Shown in pieces: positions 29,742-39,578 of a stretch of 64,000 bases of DNA (the first letter of the stretch is position 1; each line of letters begins with the position of its first letter). The translations under genes and the position numbers were made by a program. The notes beneath the pieces were generated by a model, which had not been told where the DNA came from, did no database searches, and was given only the letters and a program-made list of their open reading frames with translations. Source of the stretch: Patescibacteria group bacterium (GTDB lineage Bacteria; Patescibacteriota; Microgenomatia; 2-02-FULL-39-11). The stretch lies in contig JAMCUI010000019.1 of the NCBI GenBank assembly GCA_023379265.1, positions 9,233 to 73,232 of the forward strand, read 5' to 3'.

Positions 29742-30818
29742 ATGAAGTACTGGGACTTTCAGATTACTGAAAAGATTCGCCGGGGATATTTTTCAGCGAC
29801 ATATTTTAATAGGACAAAAAAAATACTAGAAGGTGAGAATAACCGTAACGTGGCTGTCATGCAACTATTTCAGAAGAATGAGGGCAGTGTTATGTGTGGA
29901 GTAGAAGAAGTGATTGAACTATTCAGGATTGGCGCAGGATATTGGGAAGGGGAGGAGTGGGTTAGTAAGTTTGACGAGATAAAGATAGAATCGTTAACCG
30001 ACGGTGATGAATTGCATTCTGGAGAAAGTGTAATGCATATTACCGGTCCCTATGTCTATTTTGCCCATCTGGAATCACTTTATCTAGGGATTTTAGCTAG
30101 GAGGACGCTGGTTGCCTCAAATACAAAAAGGGCTGTGAATGCGGCAGGCGGCAAGCCGGTCATTTTTTTTGCCGACAGGTTTGATCATTTTTTCAATCAG
30201 GAAGGAGATGGCTATGCCGCGCATATCGGAGGCGCGGCGGGTGTCTGTACACAGGCACACACCGCTTGGTGGAATGGGATAGCTTCAGGTACAATACCAC
30301 ATTCACTTATTGCAATGAATGGTGGGAATACGATAAAAGCGGCAGAATTATTTATAAAATACAACAAAGGTGTCAACCTGATTGTCTTAGTTGATTTTGA
30401 AAATGACTGTGTGAAAACCTCGGTTGAGGCAGCAAAAGCTTTGGGTGAAGATTTGTGGGGGGTAAGGCTGGATACCGCACAGAATATGATAGATAAGAGT
30501 TTGGAAAATCAGGGATCAGGAATTAGGAATCAGGAATTATATGGTGTGAATCCGATATTGGTTAAGAATGTGCGTGAAGCATTGGATAAGGAGGGTTTCA
30601 ATAACGTAAAGATAGTGGTTTCAGGAGGATTTAATGCGGAAAGAATAAAAAGATTTGAAGAGGAGAAGGTTTCTGTTGATGTCTATGGTGTAGGTTCTTC
30701 CCTTGTTCACGGACAAAACGATTTTACGGCTGATATTGTGACTATGGATTGGAAAAGAATAGCAAAAACGGGTAGGGAATTCCGGGACAATCCGAGGTTT
30801 AAGTTGGTAAAACCTTAA
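29742..30818 (+). CDS. pncB: Nicotinate phosphoribosyltransferase (short, QAPRTase-like type)
   Basis: YFNRT, FAHLESLYLGIL, GTIPHSLI, VLVDFEND, GVRLDT, IVVSGGF, YGVGS, DFTADIV. Confidence 0.88.
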   Translation: MKYWDFQITEKIRRGYFSATYFNRTKKILEGENNRNVAVMQLFQKNEGSVMCGVEEVIELFRIGAGYWEGEEWVSKFDEIKIESLTDGDELHSGESVMHITGPYVYFAHLESLYLGILARRTLVASNTKRAVNAAGGKPVIFFADRFDHFFNQEGDGYAAHIGGAAGVCTQAHTAWWNGIASGTIPHSLIAMNGGNTIKAAELFIKYNKGVNLIVLVDFENDCVKTSVEAAKALGEDLWGVRLDTAQNMIDKSLENQGSGIRNQELYGVNPILVKNVREALDKEGFNNVKIVVSGGFNAERIKRFEEEKVSVDVYGVGSSLVHGQNDFTADIVTMDWKRIAKTGREFRDNPRFKLVKP

Positions 30819-30859
30819 GAAGTCGGTGGTTAATTGTTGGTTGTCTCGCCGCTTGCGGG

Positions 30860-30877
30860 ATCCCGCTGAGGCGGGAT
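30860..30877. repeat. Short GC-rich palindrome (REP-like) amid heptamer tracts
   Basis: ATCCCGC TGAG GCGGGAT; inverted heptamer tracts follow at ~30910-30968. Confidence 0.55.
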
Positions 30878-30971
30878 GAGTTATCGGTTGTTAGTTATAA
30901 ATATTAAAATTGGCTATTGGTAATTAGGAAATTTCCCTAATTGCTGTTTACCAGTTACAAATTACCAAAAT

Positions 30972-32351
30972 ATGGAATATTCTGCATTTGAGAAGGTACC
31001 GCAAAAGGACAGAACATTTTCTTTCTGGGACCAGACGGCGTTCTGGTTTTCGGCTGCCAGCATTCCTGCTGCCTGGTATTATGGAGCGCTTATGGCCGGT
31101 TGGCATGGGATAATAGGGGCGGCAGTTCTTATATTCTTGGTTAACACATTGTCGCTTTTACCCTGGGCGTATCTGGGAGAAATTGCCGCTGTGACAGGCG
31201 GGTCTTCCATGGCGATAGTTCGTCCAGCTTTCGGCATTCGCGGATCGGTTGTACCCTCGGTATTTTATCTTATTCTGGGACTGGGTTGGGGGATGGTAAA
31301 CGTCTTTTTGGGAGCTATAGCTTTGTCTTTTATATTCAAGCTCTGGTTGGGATTTCCGTCATACCTGGATCCCAATAATTTTCTTTATATGGGAGCTTAT
31401 ATATTAGCAGTATGTGTTGTCCAGGGTATTTTTGCCGTTGCCGGACATGACTGGATGAAGAAGTTGCAATGGGTAGCAACTATATTTTTCCTACTTTTGG
31501 GGTTTTACCAGACAGGAATTGTCTTGACACACTGGAATTATTTATCACTTCTGAATTGGAAACCGGCCAATATACTTGCTACATCAGTTGGACCATTTTC
31601 TTATCCCATCACTTTTGCACTTCTGGTTGATCTTCTTATTGCGTACAACTGGACATGGGAGTTTATAGGCGATTTTTCCCGGTTTGCCAAAACCAGAAAA
31701 GCAGGTACATGGGGGCCTTTTTTGGGAGCAAATATCGCCCAATACTGGTGGTTTATGGTGGGGGCAATTGCCGTAGTTTATCTTGCTCAAACAACAGGTG
31801 CATATACGCCATTGACGGCTGATCCTTCCTCAACTACAGTCAGTCTGGGACTCGGATGGCTGGCGGCACTCATTATCCTTTTTGCTACAGTGACGACAAA
31901 TGCAGGCAATATTTATGCTTCAGGATTAGGAGTTTCCAATATGCTTCTGGGGCGCAAAATTTCCATGAAAAAGATACTGAGTACTCTGGCTGTACTCATC
32001 TTCTTCCTTTCGCTTATTCCGCTTCTGTCACAGAACTTCGTAGGCTTCTTTATGTTTTTCCTGGATTTTTTGGGAGCAATAGTCGTGCCATTGTGGACAC
32101 TGACTCTAGTTGACTATTTTGTCATTAAGAGGAGAAGATATATAGATGACCTTTTCAAGACGGAAAAGGGTATTTACTGGTACCAGAAAGGCTGTAATTG
32201 GCCGGCAATTATTATTTTGCTAAGTGGTACTGTCGTTTATTGGATTATTGCTTATGCTCTTCCCGGTATAAGGAAAGAGATTACGGCGGCCATCCCGACG
32301 ATGGTTTATGTGGGAGTGGCGTATTTATTAGTGATGAAAAATAAGAAATAA
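30972..32351 (+). CDS. NCS1 (cytosine/purine permease) family transporter
   Basis: About 12 TM; RPAFGIRGS, DFSRF, TTNAGNIY, DYFVIKR, NWPA motifs. Confidence 0.85.
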   Translation: MEYSAFEKVPQKDRTFSFWDQTAFWFSAASIPAAWYYGALMAGWHGIIGAAVLIFLVNTLSLLPWAYLGEIAAVTGGSSMAIVRPAFGIRGSVVPSVFYLILGLGWGMVNVFLGAIALSFIFKLWLGFPSYLDPNNFLYMGAYILAVCVVQGIFAVAGHDWMKKLQWVATIFFLLLGFYQTGIVLTHWNYLSLLNWKPANILATSVGPFSYPITFALLVDLLIAYNWTWEFIGDFSRFAKTRKAGTWGPFLGANIAQYWWFMVGAIAVVYLAQTTGAYTPLTADPSSTTVSLGLGWLAALIILFATVTTNAGNIYASGLGVSNMLLGRKISMKKILSTLAVLIFFLSLIPLLSQNFVGFFMFFLDFLGAIVVPLWTLTLVDYFVIKRRRYIDDLFKTEKGIYWYQKGCNWPAIIILLSGTVVYWIIAYALPGIRKEITAAIPTMVYVGVAYLLVMKNKK

Positions 32352-32429
32352 CCTTTCTCTCACCCCTTTTTTGTTCGGGCAAAGAAATAGGAGAAAGAAA
32401 CGCCGGCCCGGCGGCAAAAAATAAAAACT

Positions 32430-33119
32430 ATGAATTCATCTGAATTTATAATATGGTTGGATGATTGGTGTGATAAATTGAAGTTGGTAGACTTGAGTAA
32501 AGTGGTTTCCGATCCGGAAAAGTCGGCTATTGTTTCGGTGGATGTGATAAATGGTTTTTGTCATGATGGGCCGCTTGCTAGTCCGCGGATAAAAAAAATT
32601 ATTACTCCTATCCTAAGCCTCTTTAAGAAAGCATACAAAGCCGGAGTGAGGAATTTCGTTCTTCTACAGGATAATCATGATGCCAATGCAACAGAATTTT
32701 CCACCTACCCACCTCATTGCCGGTTAGGCACAAAAGAATCCGAAACAGTTCCGGAACTGAAGAAACTTCCTTTTGCCGATAAATTTGTCATAGTCCCCAA
32801 AAATTCCATTTCTCCTTCATTTGGCACGCATTTCAACCGATGGCTTGAAACGCATAAAAGTGTCGATACTTTTATAGTAGTAGGGGATTGTACCGATATA
32901 TGCGTTTATCTCTTATCCTTGCATCTTAAAGTTTACGCTGATGCATATAATCTCAAAAGGAAAGTTATTGTTCCTGCAGATTGCGTAGATACGTTTGATA
33001 CACCTGTTAGGATGGCTAAAAAGTTAAACATCATGCCCCACGATGCTGAATTTCTTCATAAAGTTTTTCTCTACCATATGAAGCTGAACGGATTGGAAGT
33101 GGTTAAAAGTCTGACCTGA
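32430..33119 (+). CDS. pncA: Nicotinamidase (isochorismatase family)
   Basis: VDVINGF, QDNH, PPHC, PKNS, GDCTDICV catalytic triad D-K-C; operon context. Confidence 0.85.
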   Translation: MNSSEFIIWLDDWCDKLKLVDLSKVVSDPEKSAIVSVDVINGFCHDGPLASPRIKKIITPILSLFKKAYKAGVRNFVLLQDNHDANATEFSTYPPHCRLGTKESETVPELKKLPFADKFVIVPKNSISPSFGTHFNRWLETHKSVDTFIVVGDCTDICVYLLSLHLKVYADAYNLKRKVIVPADCVDTFDTPVRMAKKLNIMPHDAEFLHKVFLYHMKLNGLEVVKSLT

Positions 33120-33120
33120 T

Positions 33121-33352
33121 TTGCTTTTTTGTTTCCAGTAAGGTATACTTCCCGTTTAGTAAGGTCTTGTACTTTTATCTGACATTAAATTTTCTCCAAA
33201 ATTAAAAATATTTCTTGGGGGAAAGTTGGATCAAGAAAGTACTTCTCTGTTTTTCCACGGTACCCTTCAAGGTTATTCCTTTCAGGATTAAATCCTTAGG
33301 CATCCTGGAATCAGTAGGACCAGTAGAATGAAAGGAGGTGAATTCCAGGATG
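33121..33352 (+). promoter_or_regulatory. Promoter and ~200-nt structured 5' leader of the zinc-ribbon gene
   Basis: TTGCTT-17-TATACT (33121-33149); GTACTTT/AAAGTAC and TTTCTCCAA/TTGGGGGAAA stems; CATCCTGGAAT (33301-33311) complementary to ATTCCAGGATG containing the start codon. Confidence 0.6.
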
Positions 33353-33655
33353 CAATCATCTCAATATCAAGATCAAACATTAGTATGTCGTGACTGCGGT
33401 AAGCAGTTTGTTTGGACTGCAGGAGAGCAGGAGTTCTATGCTCAAAAAGGCTTTAGCAACCCTCCTTTCCGTTGCGCTGACTGTCGTGCTAAAAGAAAAG
33501 CAGACAGAATGGCAAACCGAACCATGACAAAAATCACATGCAGCAAATGCGGTAAAGAAGACGAAGTACCGTTTGTACCCAGAAAAGGTACAGGCGTGCT
33601 TTGCCGAACCTGTTTTGCTGAAGAGCGCCAGAATAAAGGCGGCGCCATGGCGTAA
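33350..33655 (+). CDS. Zinc-ribbon / CxxC-x17-CxxC domain protein (start moved to ATG 33350)
   Basis: DQTLVCRDCGKQFVWTAGEQEFYAQKGF..P.RCADCR and CSKCGKEDEVPFVP..VLCRTCF; AAAGGAGGTG RBS. Confidence 0.9.
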   Translation: MQSSQYQDQTLVCRDCGKQFVWTAGEQEFYAQKGFSNPPFRCADCRAKRKADRMANRTMTKITCSKCGKEDEVPFVPRKGTGVLCRTCFAEERQNKGGAMA

Positions 33656-33676
33656 TGTCTTTTAAAATTAAAAATA

Positions 33677-33715
33677 AAGAAACCCCGCTTAATATGGCGG
33701 GGTTTCTTGTTTTTT
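33677..33715. terminator. Bidirectional intrinsic terminator
   Basis: AAGAAACCCCGC / GCGGGGTTTCTT with flanking A and T runs, between convergent genes. Confidence 0.9.
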
Positions 33716-33716
33716 G

Positions 33717-36248
33717 TTATTTGAGCAATGGGGAAAGGTATTTACCGATTCTTTTCCTGAAAAGGAAAAGGATAAACAGGATGATTTCCATTACAAGAAG
33801 CGTAATTTTCAGTTTGTTTGGTTCATAAGTAAATTCCACAATATGTGTACCTGGAGTAGTAGGTGTAGCAAGGTAAAAGGGGAAAACAGCAAACTTTTGG
33901 GCGGGGTTTCCATCAACTTTGACTGTCCAGTCTGGGTGATAACTCATTTTGAACATGATAAAACATGACTGACAGTTTTGTGGTACATCAATTGTTGCCG
34001 CGTAGGTCTGTTTATTTATGTTTTCCTGCACGATCTTACCTGATATTGTGGCTTCAGGGAAAATAAAGGGAAAATCGGCAAAAATATTGTGAGTTTTCCC
34101 GTCATTGTTTTCCTTGTATGATACCTCATCGGTCATGGTGATAATCCTTTTGGTACCGGGAGGGATTACAGGGTTGTTTTCGACGCTAATGAGTGGATAC
34201 ATATTCCATGTTTTTGGATAAGAGCGGTGCCACATATGGACTATATTTATAAAGTTTGTTTTGCTAGTTTTGACCATCATGGGAGAGGAGACTATGTCAA
34301 ACCATCCGGTGGTAGGCACGTCGTACAGTTCAAATGGCCCAAATTGTTTGACCTTTTTGGCCTGATCTGTAAACCCTTCATTTTTTGGGGCCACAATATA
34401 TCGGATATTTAATAGATCGTAATCTACAGTCACTCTTTCATCAAAATCCTGCTCATTTTCCGATAGTGGAGACCAGGTCTCAGGCAGGAATTGACTCATA
34501 TCAAATCCGTGTACTCCAAAAAGCATATACATTTGGGTTGATCCGAGCTTGAAATCGTGTCCCCAGTTTCCGGGACGGCCGGCATAGACGCGGCCAGACG
34601 GTTGGTTTTTCAGATAATCGGAAAGATTATTAAAGTTATTTACGTCGAAGAGATATGCACTGTTTGCCTCTCCGATCCAGCGGTTATTAAGATTTGCGTA
34701 TTTTACTGTTTCCAGTGAAGTGTAATAGGTAACACCAAGTATAAAAAGCATTGCTAATATATAGAAAATTACATTTTGATATACGATAAACTTAGGATAA
34801 AGGTTGGATGTAAAAGTATTTTTGATTTTCGGCTTCAATATAAATTGACCGGAAGTTGATTTTTGAGGTTTTAGGCTCTGTAGGGATTTGGTTATGCCGA
34901 TAATATAGACAGTTTTATTTCCAGCTCGGTCAATAATTTTTTTCATGAGGACGAATGTGAAATAGAGTCCGGCAGGAATAAGAAAAAGTGAAGCTATATG
35001 TATTCCGACAATGAATCGGTGTTGGTGGAAGTCGCTCATTCCAGGCATGATATCCAGAAATCCCCATGTAGTTTTACCAAAATAGAGAATCATCCAGAAA
35101 GCAAATAGTATGGCAAAAGGTAAATATTCCATGTTGGCAAGAAGGACAAAAAATCCTACTGCAACAATAGTTGTAATGATGGGGAAAGCTCGTTGCCAGT
35201 CAAATATCTGTCCGGTGAGGAATTGGTTGATAGCTTCATACCAGCCGTAAGAATTGAATTTCCATATGGGATCCCAGAAAGAAATCATATGGTATTTATC
35301 GCCAATAAGAACCGGGATTATCCAGTAGGAAAGAGCGATAAATATGACCACGTACATCCAAAAAAGTTTTTTTGCCCGGACCCAAACATGTTTTATGTCA
35401 AAATCAAAAAACATAAATGGAATGGTAGACATGAGGCTTATTATTCCTATCCCCAAATGTCCAGCTACAGTCAGTATCTGGAAAATTATGGCCCAGAGGG
35501 TGTAATTTAAGAGAGAAAGGCGGTCTATAAATTTGCCTAGTGTGGGGAGTAATAATAATCTACTTGAGTTTACTGATTGTGTTTGAGCTGAATTTCTCTT
35601 GTCGATTGTGTCTTTCTCCGTTGTTTCTTTTTTGTCTTTCCTGCCGTTGATATTTTTGAGTGCCTTATACGTATAGGCAATTGCCAAAGGCATAAAAAAG
35701 ATGCCATAAAGCTGGGAAGTCAGTCCGTATCCCCGCCAGAGATACGAAGGGGGGTCGATGCCATAGAGTCCGTCTGTGGAGAAATTGGAGGAAAAGAAAG
35801 CGCCAAGTGCGGACACTATTGGGGAGAATCCGGCAAGTCTCAAAGCAAGAAATACAGGGATTGGGAAAAGGGTAAGAAGGAGATATTTTGTCAGGTTGTA
35901 ATATTGGTAGAGTGTATAATCTGAAGTAAAAAATGTGCTTAAAGGATGAACTATAAGATGGTAGGAAGAAACAATCAGAATTTGGGGTATATGGCTGTAA
36001 TAATAGGGTAGAGGGTAGCCTTCGGCCCATGTAGGGACGACATGGTCAATCAGGTTGGGTATACAGGAAAGCGATAGTGGACATCCGTAATTTTGCCAGA
36101 TCCAGTTGGTCCGGTAAACAAGAGAGTATTGGAATATATTGTCGTTGGGATCGGCCAAAATATTCAACTCAGGATAATTTAGCCACATGTTGAACCCAAC
36201 AATGATAATAAGTAGGATTATGCTGATTATATTTGTCAGTTTTTTCAT
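33717..36248 (-). CDS. YfhO/PTPS-related GT-C membrane protein
   Basis: DPNDNIFQ first loop, GYPLPYYY, many TM, C-terminal SYHPDWTVKVDG..PGTHIVEFTY and terminal TM. Confidence 0.75.
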   Translation of the reverse strand: MKKLTNIISIILLIIIVGFNMWLNYPELNILADPNDNIFQYSLVYRTNWIWQNYGCPLSLSCIPNLIDHVVPTWAEGYPLPYYYSHIPQILIVSSYHLIVHPLSTFFTSDYTLYQYYNLTKYLLLTLFPIPVFLALRLAGFSPIVSALGAFFSSNFSTDGLYGIDPPSYLWRGYGLTSQLYGIFFMPLAIAYTYKALKNINGRKDKKETTEKDTIDKRNSAQTQSVNSSRLLLLPTLGKFIDRLSLLNYTLWAIIFQILTVAGHLGIGIISLMSTIPFMFFDFDIKHVWVRAKKLFWMYVVIFIALSYWIIPVLIGDKYHMISFWDPIWKFNSYGWYEAINQFLTGQIFDWQRAFPIITTIVAVGFFVLLANMEYLPFAILFAFWMILYFGKTTWGFLDIMPGMSDFHQHRFIVGIHIASLFLIPAGLYFTFVLMKKIIDRAGNKTVYIIGITKSLQSLKPQKSTSGQFILKPKIKNTFTSNLYPKFIVYQNVIFYILAMLFILGVTYYTSLETVKYANLNNRWIGEANSAYLFDVNNFNNLSDYLKNQPSGRVYAGRPGNWGHDFKLGSTQMYMLFGVHGFDMSQFLPETWSPLSENEQDFDERVTVDYDLLNIRYIVAPKNEGFTDQAKKVKQFGPFELYDVPTTGWFDIVSSPMMVKTSKTNFINIVHMWHRSYPKTWNMYPLISVENNPVIPPGTKRIITMTDEVSYKENNDGKTHNIFADFPFIFPEATISGKIVQENINKQTYAATIDVPQNCQSCFIMFKMSYHPDWTVKVDGNPAQKFAVFPFYLATPTTPGTHIVEFTYEPNKLKITLLVMEIILFILFLFRKRIGKYLSPLLK

Positions 36249-36407
36249 ATCTTTTTTCTTAAATCCTCAATAATAAATTTTCAGACATTCACGGGTTTTT
36301 ACAGCTCCATAACTCCTGCCACATAGTAACAAATCTTGAGCATATCAATCTCTTTTGTATTTAGTTCATTTTCAAATTTGTTATCTTCTGATTTTTCTAT
36401 GGGTTCA

Positions 36408-36439
36408 GCCCGCTTCGCTAGAGCTTCAACGAGGCGAGT
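36408..36439. repeat. REP-like imperfect palindrome
   Basis: CGCTTCG CTAGAGCTTCAA CGAGGCG in an intergenic gap. Confidence 0.5.
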
Positions 36440-36499
36440 CAGTCACTTGTTGTCTCCATCACCGGTATTTCATAGGGAATTATTCCAAAGTTCCATAAA

Positions 36500-38491
36500 T
36501 TACCTATACAGTATCGGATTTAACCAATCGGCATGGTCGTCGTTTATCCCGTCACCGGCATCGGTAACTATAAGCTGCAGGTTTTTGACACCGGTAACGT
36601 TTACTTCTGCATGTAACGGCCAGTCAAACCGGCCCATTTTCGGACTGGAGTACAATTCCTTATTGTCTCCCCATATTTGGAATGTGACGCTTGCTCCGGT
36701 GCCGGCTTCCGTATCTATACCAAAGTCTGTTGAAAAAGTCTTAAATTCACGATTGATGTCAAACACCAGTTTGGAACTTGCGTGTGTGCCAAAGCCTTTC
36801 CTGTACCAGAAATAATCATCTGAGAGCCTATTCCATGATTTCCAGCCTGAATACGAATTGACAGTCATATTTACCTGAAGGATTCCCCACCCCTGGCTGG
36901 CGATGATAGGTTTAAAACTTGTAAGATAGACTTTGCCCCCAAAAATATAGGAGGAGTTGAGAAATATCAGTACCGCAAAAAGTACAAGACCGCAGGCAAA
37001 GAAAAATAAAAGCGAAAATTGCGACAGGGCAAACGGTAGAAGTAAAAAGAAGAGAATAATCATAAAGTACGAATTGAGTATTGTGAGGTTTGGGGTAGTT
37101 AGTTTAGTCAAAAGATCTATTCCGTTTTGAGGGTAGTTAAGTATGAGTCCCGTATGGATATTAAAAAAGATAGCGGCTGACAGAAGTATATAAATCACCC
37201 AAAAATATTTTTCATTGGCCGTCAGGCCGGAGAGGAGACCTGAGGATGGACCTGTTTTGTGTATTATTTTCGGTCTAATTTTATTTAAAACTTTTGGTTG
37301 GACTTTGTCTTGCGACTGTCCTGTCTCGTCAAAAGTAAAATGTAGAATGTCATAAAGTATGGATTGCACATTTCCTTTTTTTTGCGTCTGTTTGATTTGT
37401 GGAAAAGCAAGGTTGCTTCCAGATTCCATAAACGGGTAGAAGAAAAGGAGAAGGACAATCACTGGATAACTGTATCTTTCATGGCTTTCGGTGGTAAAAA
37501 GGAAAAAGGCAAAGATTCCAAGCACAAAGGATAGAAAAAGATTACGAGGTGTAGGTTTTTTGTAAAGGAGGATGGTAGAAAAAAGATAAAAGGAAGAAAA
37601 GATTACCAGTCCAACCGTTTTAGCATTCAATATTCCTAGGAGAGTTATCTTGTCAGTAATTGCCATACCGCGGGCTGCTGCTATAATCCACCATAGGTTG
37701 TTGGCGTTTAGCGATAACCAGGGAAAATAGTCGCTGTTGACAGTCATAAGGTAGAGTACCTTGTCCATATTATTTTGCAGGACAAAAGGCAAATTTACTG
37801 CGAAAAAGGTTGCAGCGGCAACGCTTATACTCTTCAGAAAAGTCTTCAGGTCAAAGTACCGGAGTATAAAAAGAAGGTAAAGAGGGATAAAAATTATATT
37901 TTGCAGCTTCATAAGCGTGCCGACAGTAAAGATTACTGTAGCCAAATAAGGACGTCTGTGATAAAGGAGAAGAATAATGGCAAAAAGTGTAAACATGAGG
38001 CCAAAAGATTCTACCTGACCCCACTGTGCCGAATCCATAATAACAATAGGATTGAGATAAAATGCAGCCGAAAGGATAAGGGGTAGGTCAAATTTTGTAT
38101 AGCTTTCATCCAAAACCGCCCCAAGCTTTTGCAATTTTTCCTTATGTGAAGCAAACCAGTAAATAAGCCAGGCGATGACCATATCAGAAATTATGGCGAT
38201 GGATTTGGAAGCAAGAAGAAAGCCAAAATTATTTTCCTTCCAGTATGAGTTATAGTCATGTGCATTGCCAAAGAAAGAGTAGATTTTACCCATCAGCCAA
38301 AGAACATATATAAAACCCGGGGGATAATTGATATTGGTATTATGGGTTGTCCAGACTATTCCGTGGTCAACGGCCGCCAGGCTCCATGATTTCCAGAATG
38401 AGATATCGGCGATAAAACCGGTATTGCCTATAAGAAGGATGCGTATGACAAGTCCCGCAAAAAGCAGTAAAAGAAAATAATATTTTCTCAC
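36500..38491 (-). CDS. GT-C glycosyltransferase (ALG6/8- or PIG-like motifs) fused to a C-terminal NPCBM/NEW2 carbohydrate-binding domain
   Basis: DISFW..W, NYPPG, NPIVIMDSAQWGQVES, HERYSYP; KGFGTHAS..FGIDTE..GSVTFQIWGD..DAGDGINDDHADW. Confidence 0.8.
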   Translation of the reverse strand: MRKYYFLLLLFAGLVIRILLIGNTGFIADISFWKSWSLAAVDHGIVWTTHNTNINYPPGFIYVLWLMGKIYSFFGNAHDYNSYWKENNFGFLLASKSIAIISDMVIAWLIYWFASHKEKLQKLGAVLDESYTKFDLPLILSAAFYLNPIVIMDSAQWGQVESFGLMFTLFAIILLLYHRRPYLATVIFTVGTLMKLQNIIFIPLYLLFILRYFDLKTFLKSISVAAATFFAVNLPFVLQNNMDKVLYLMTVNSDYFPWLSLNANNLWWIIAAARGMAITDKITLLGILNAKTVGLVIFSSFYLFSTILLYKKPTPRNLFLSFVLGIFAFFLFTTESHERYSYPVIVLLLFFYPFMESGSNLAFPQIKQTQKKGNVQSILYDILHFTFDETGQSQDKVQPKVLNKIRPKIIHKTGPSSGLLSGLTANEKYFWVIYILLSAAIFFNIHTGLILNYPQNGIDLLTKLTTPNLTILNSYFMIILFFLLLPFALSQFSLLFFFACGLVLFAVLIFLNSSYIFGGKVYLTSFKPIIASQGWGILQVNMTVNSYSGWKSWNRLSDDYFWYRKGFGTHASSKLVFDINREFKTFSTDFGIDTEAGTGASVTFQIWGDNKELYSSPKMGRFDWPLHAEVNVTGVKNLQLIVTDAGDGINDDHADWLNPILYR

Positions 38492-38594
38492 GGAAAAAGA
38501 AGAATTTTCCCTTTTTTATCTATAGCTGAAAAACACTTGTGATTTTAGCAGAAAAAAATTATCAAGAAAATGTATCTTTCTATAACAGTTATTT

Positions 38595-38725
38595 ACGGGT
38601 ACTGCCGTTTGAGCATCCCAATCCTCGTTTCAGAGCGCCCGCGAAATGTAGTTAAGCTCTCCATATAATCATAGCCGCTCGCTAATTGAAACTCAGCTTG
38701 TAAATCCTTCTCAAACGTCACCCGT
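38595..38725. mobile_element. MITE-like element with imperfect terminal inverted repeats
   Basis: Left ACGGGTACTGCCGTTTGAG, right CTCAAACGTCACCCGT; left end recurs at 63625-63661; no transposase and no clear target duplication. Confidence 0.55.
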
Positions 38726-38821
38726 TTTTAATTAATGTGTTTACATTCGAACTGCGAAAATTTTCACCTGTTTCGTATCTTTCCATGATTCCAAATTTAT
38801 AATTCCTGATTCCGATTATTT

Positions 38822-39517
38822 TTATTTCTTATTCCAGCTGACGCTGTCGACAATCCGGTCAAAGAGGGCGGGATCAAGTATGCCGTTGGCAAGGTGTATC
38901 ATGATGTCTGGTTTATCGGACACCTCAAAAAAGACGTCCAGGTTGGGTGAGTCTCCGGCCAGATTGATATACGTTGCTTTGTATCCTTTCAAACCGTTTT
39001 TATTGGTAAAGGGTTCCACATTTTTGACACCTTTAAGGCCTGAGAAGAATTTGTACCAATTTTGCACATAATCTGATTTGGAAAGGTTAAGATATTTGGG
39101 ATCGCGTTTATTAATAAGTTCTATATTCAAAAGGACGTTCTGCTGGGGAGGTATATTTCCCCAGGAGATGGCTATACTGTCCGTCTGGTCTCCCGGAAAA
39201 ATAACAAGCGGTAAAGAGGAAGGAACTGAGAATTCATAAGGATAGATTTTACCCTTAGCAGTATACCATTTTGCATCAGCAGGGATAGTAAAGCGCAAGG
39301 GTGCAGTAGGGGGGTTTGGAGAAAATGAAGGGGAAACGGGTAGGGGGGACCCATTTATATTTTCCTCTATATTTGATTGCGTGAGTGTTGAGCGGTAGGC
39401 AAAATAAATTCCTCCTCCTAGGATAAATATTCCGATAAAAGTGGCAATGGCCAGTTTTCTGAAATCAGGTTCCTGATCCATTTCGGATTCCTGATTCTCT
39501 TCGTGTATATCCGGCAT
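38822..39517 (-). CDS. Hypothetical single-pass membrane protein
   Basis: 231 aa; one TM, Pro/Ser linker, soluble domain. Confidence 0.75.
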   Translation of the reverse strand: MPDIHEENQESEMDQEPDFRKLAIATFIGIFILGGGIYFAYRSTLTQSNIEENINGSPLPVSPSFSPNPPTAPLRFTIPADAKWYTAKGKIYPYEFSVPSSLPLVIFPGDQTDSIAISWGNIPPQQNVLLNIELINKRDPKYLNLSKSDYVQNWYKFFSGLKGVKNVEPFTNKNGLKGYKATYINLAGDSPNLDVFFEVSDKPDIMIHLANGILDPALFDRIVDSVSWNKK

Positions 39518-39578
39518 ATTTTTATGCTAAAATTTTATCATTTGATAGCAAGAGAGTGTCAAGTAATAGCGATATTTT

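Noticed and set aside
36336-36815. 159-aa + strand ORF
   Set aside because: Mostly antisense to the NPCBM domain of 36500-38491.
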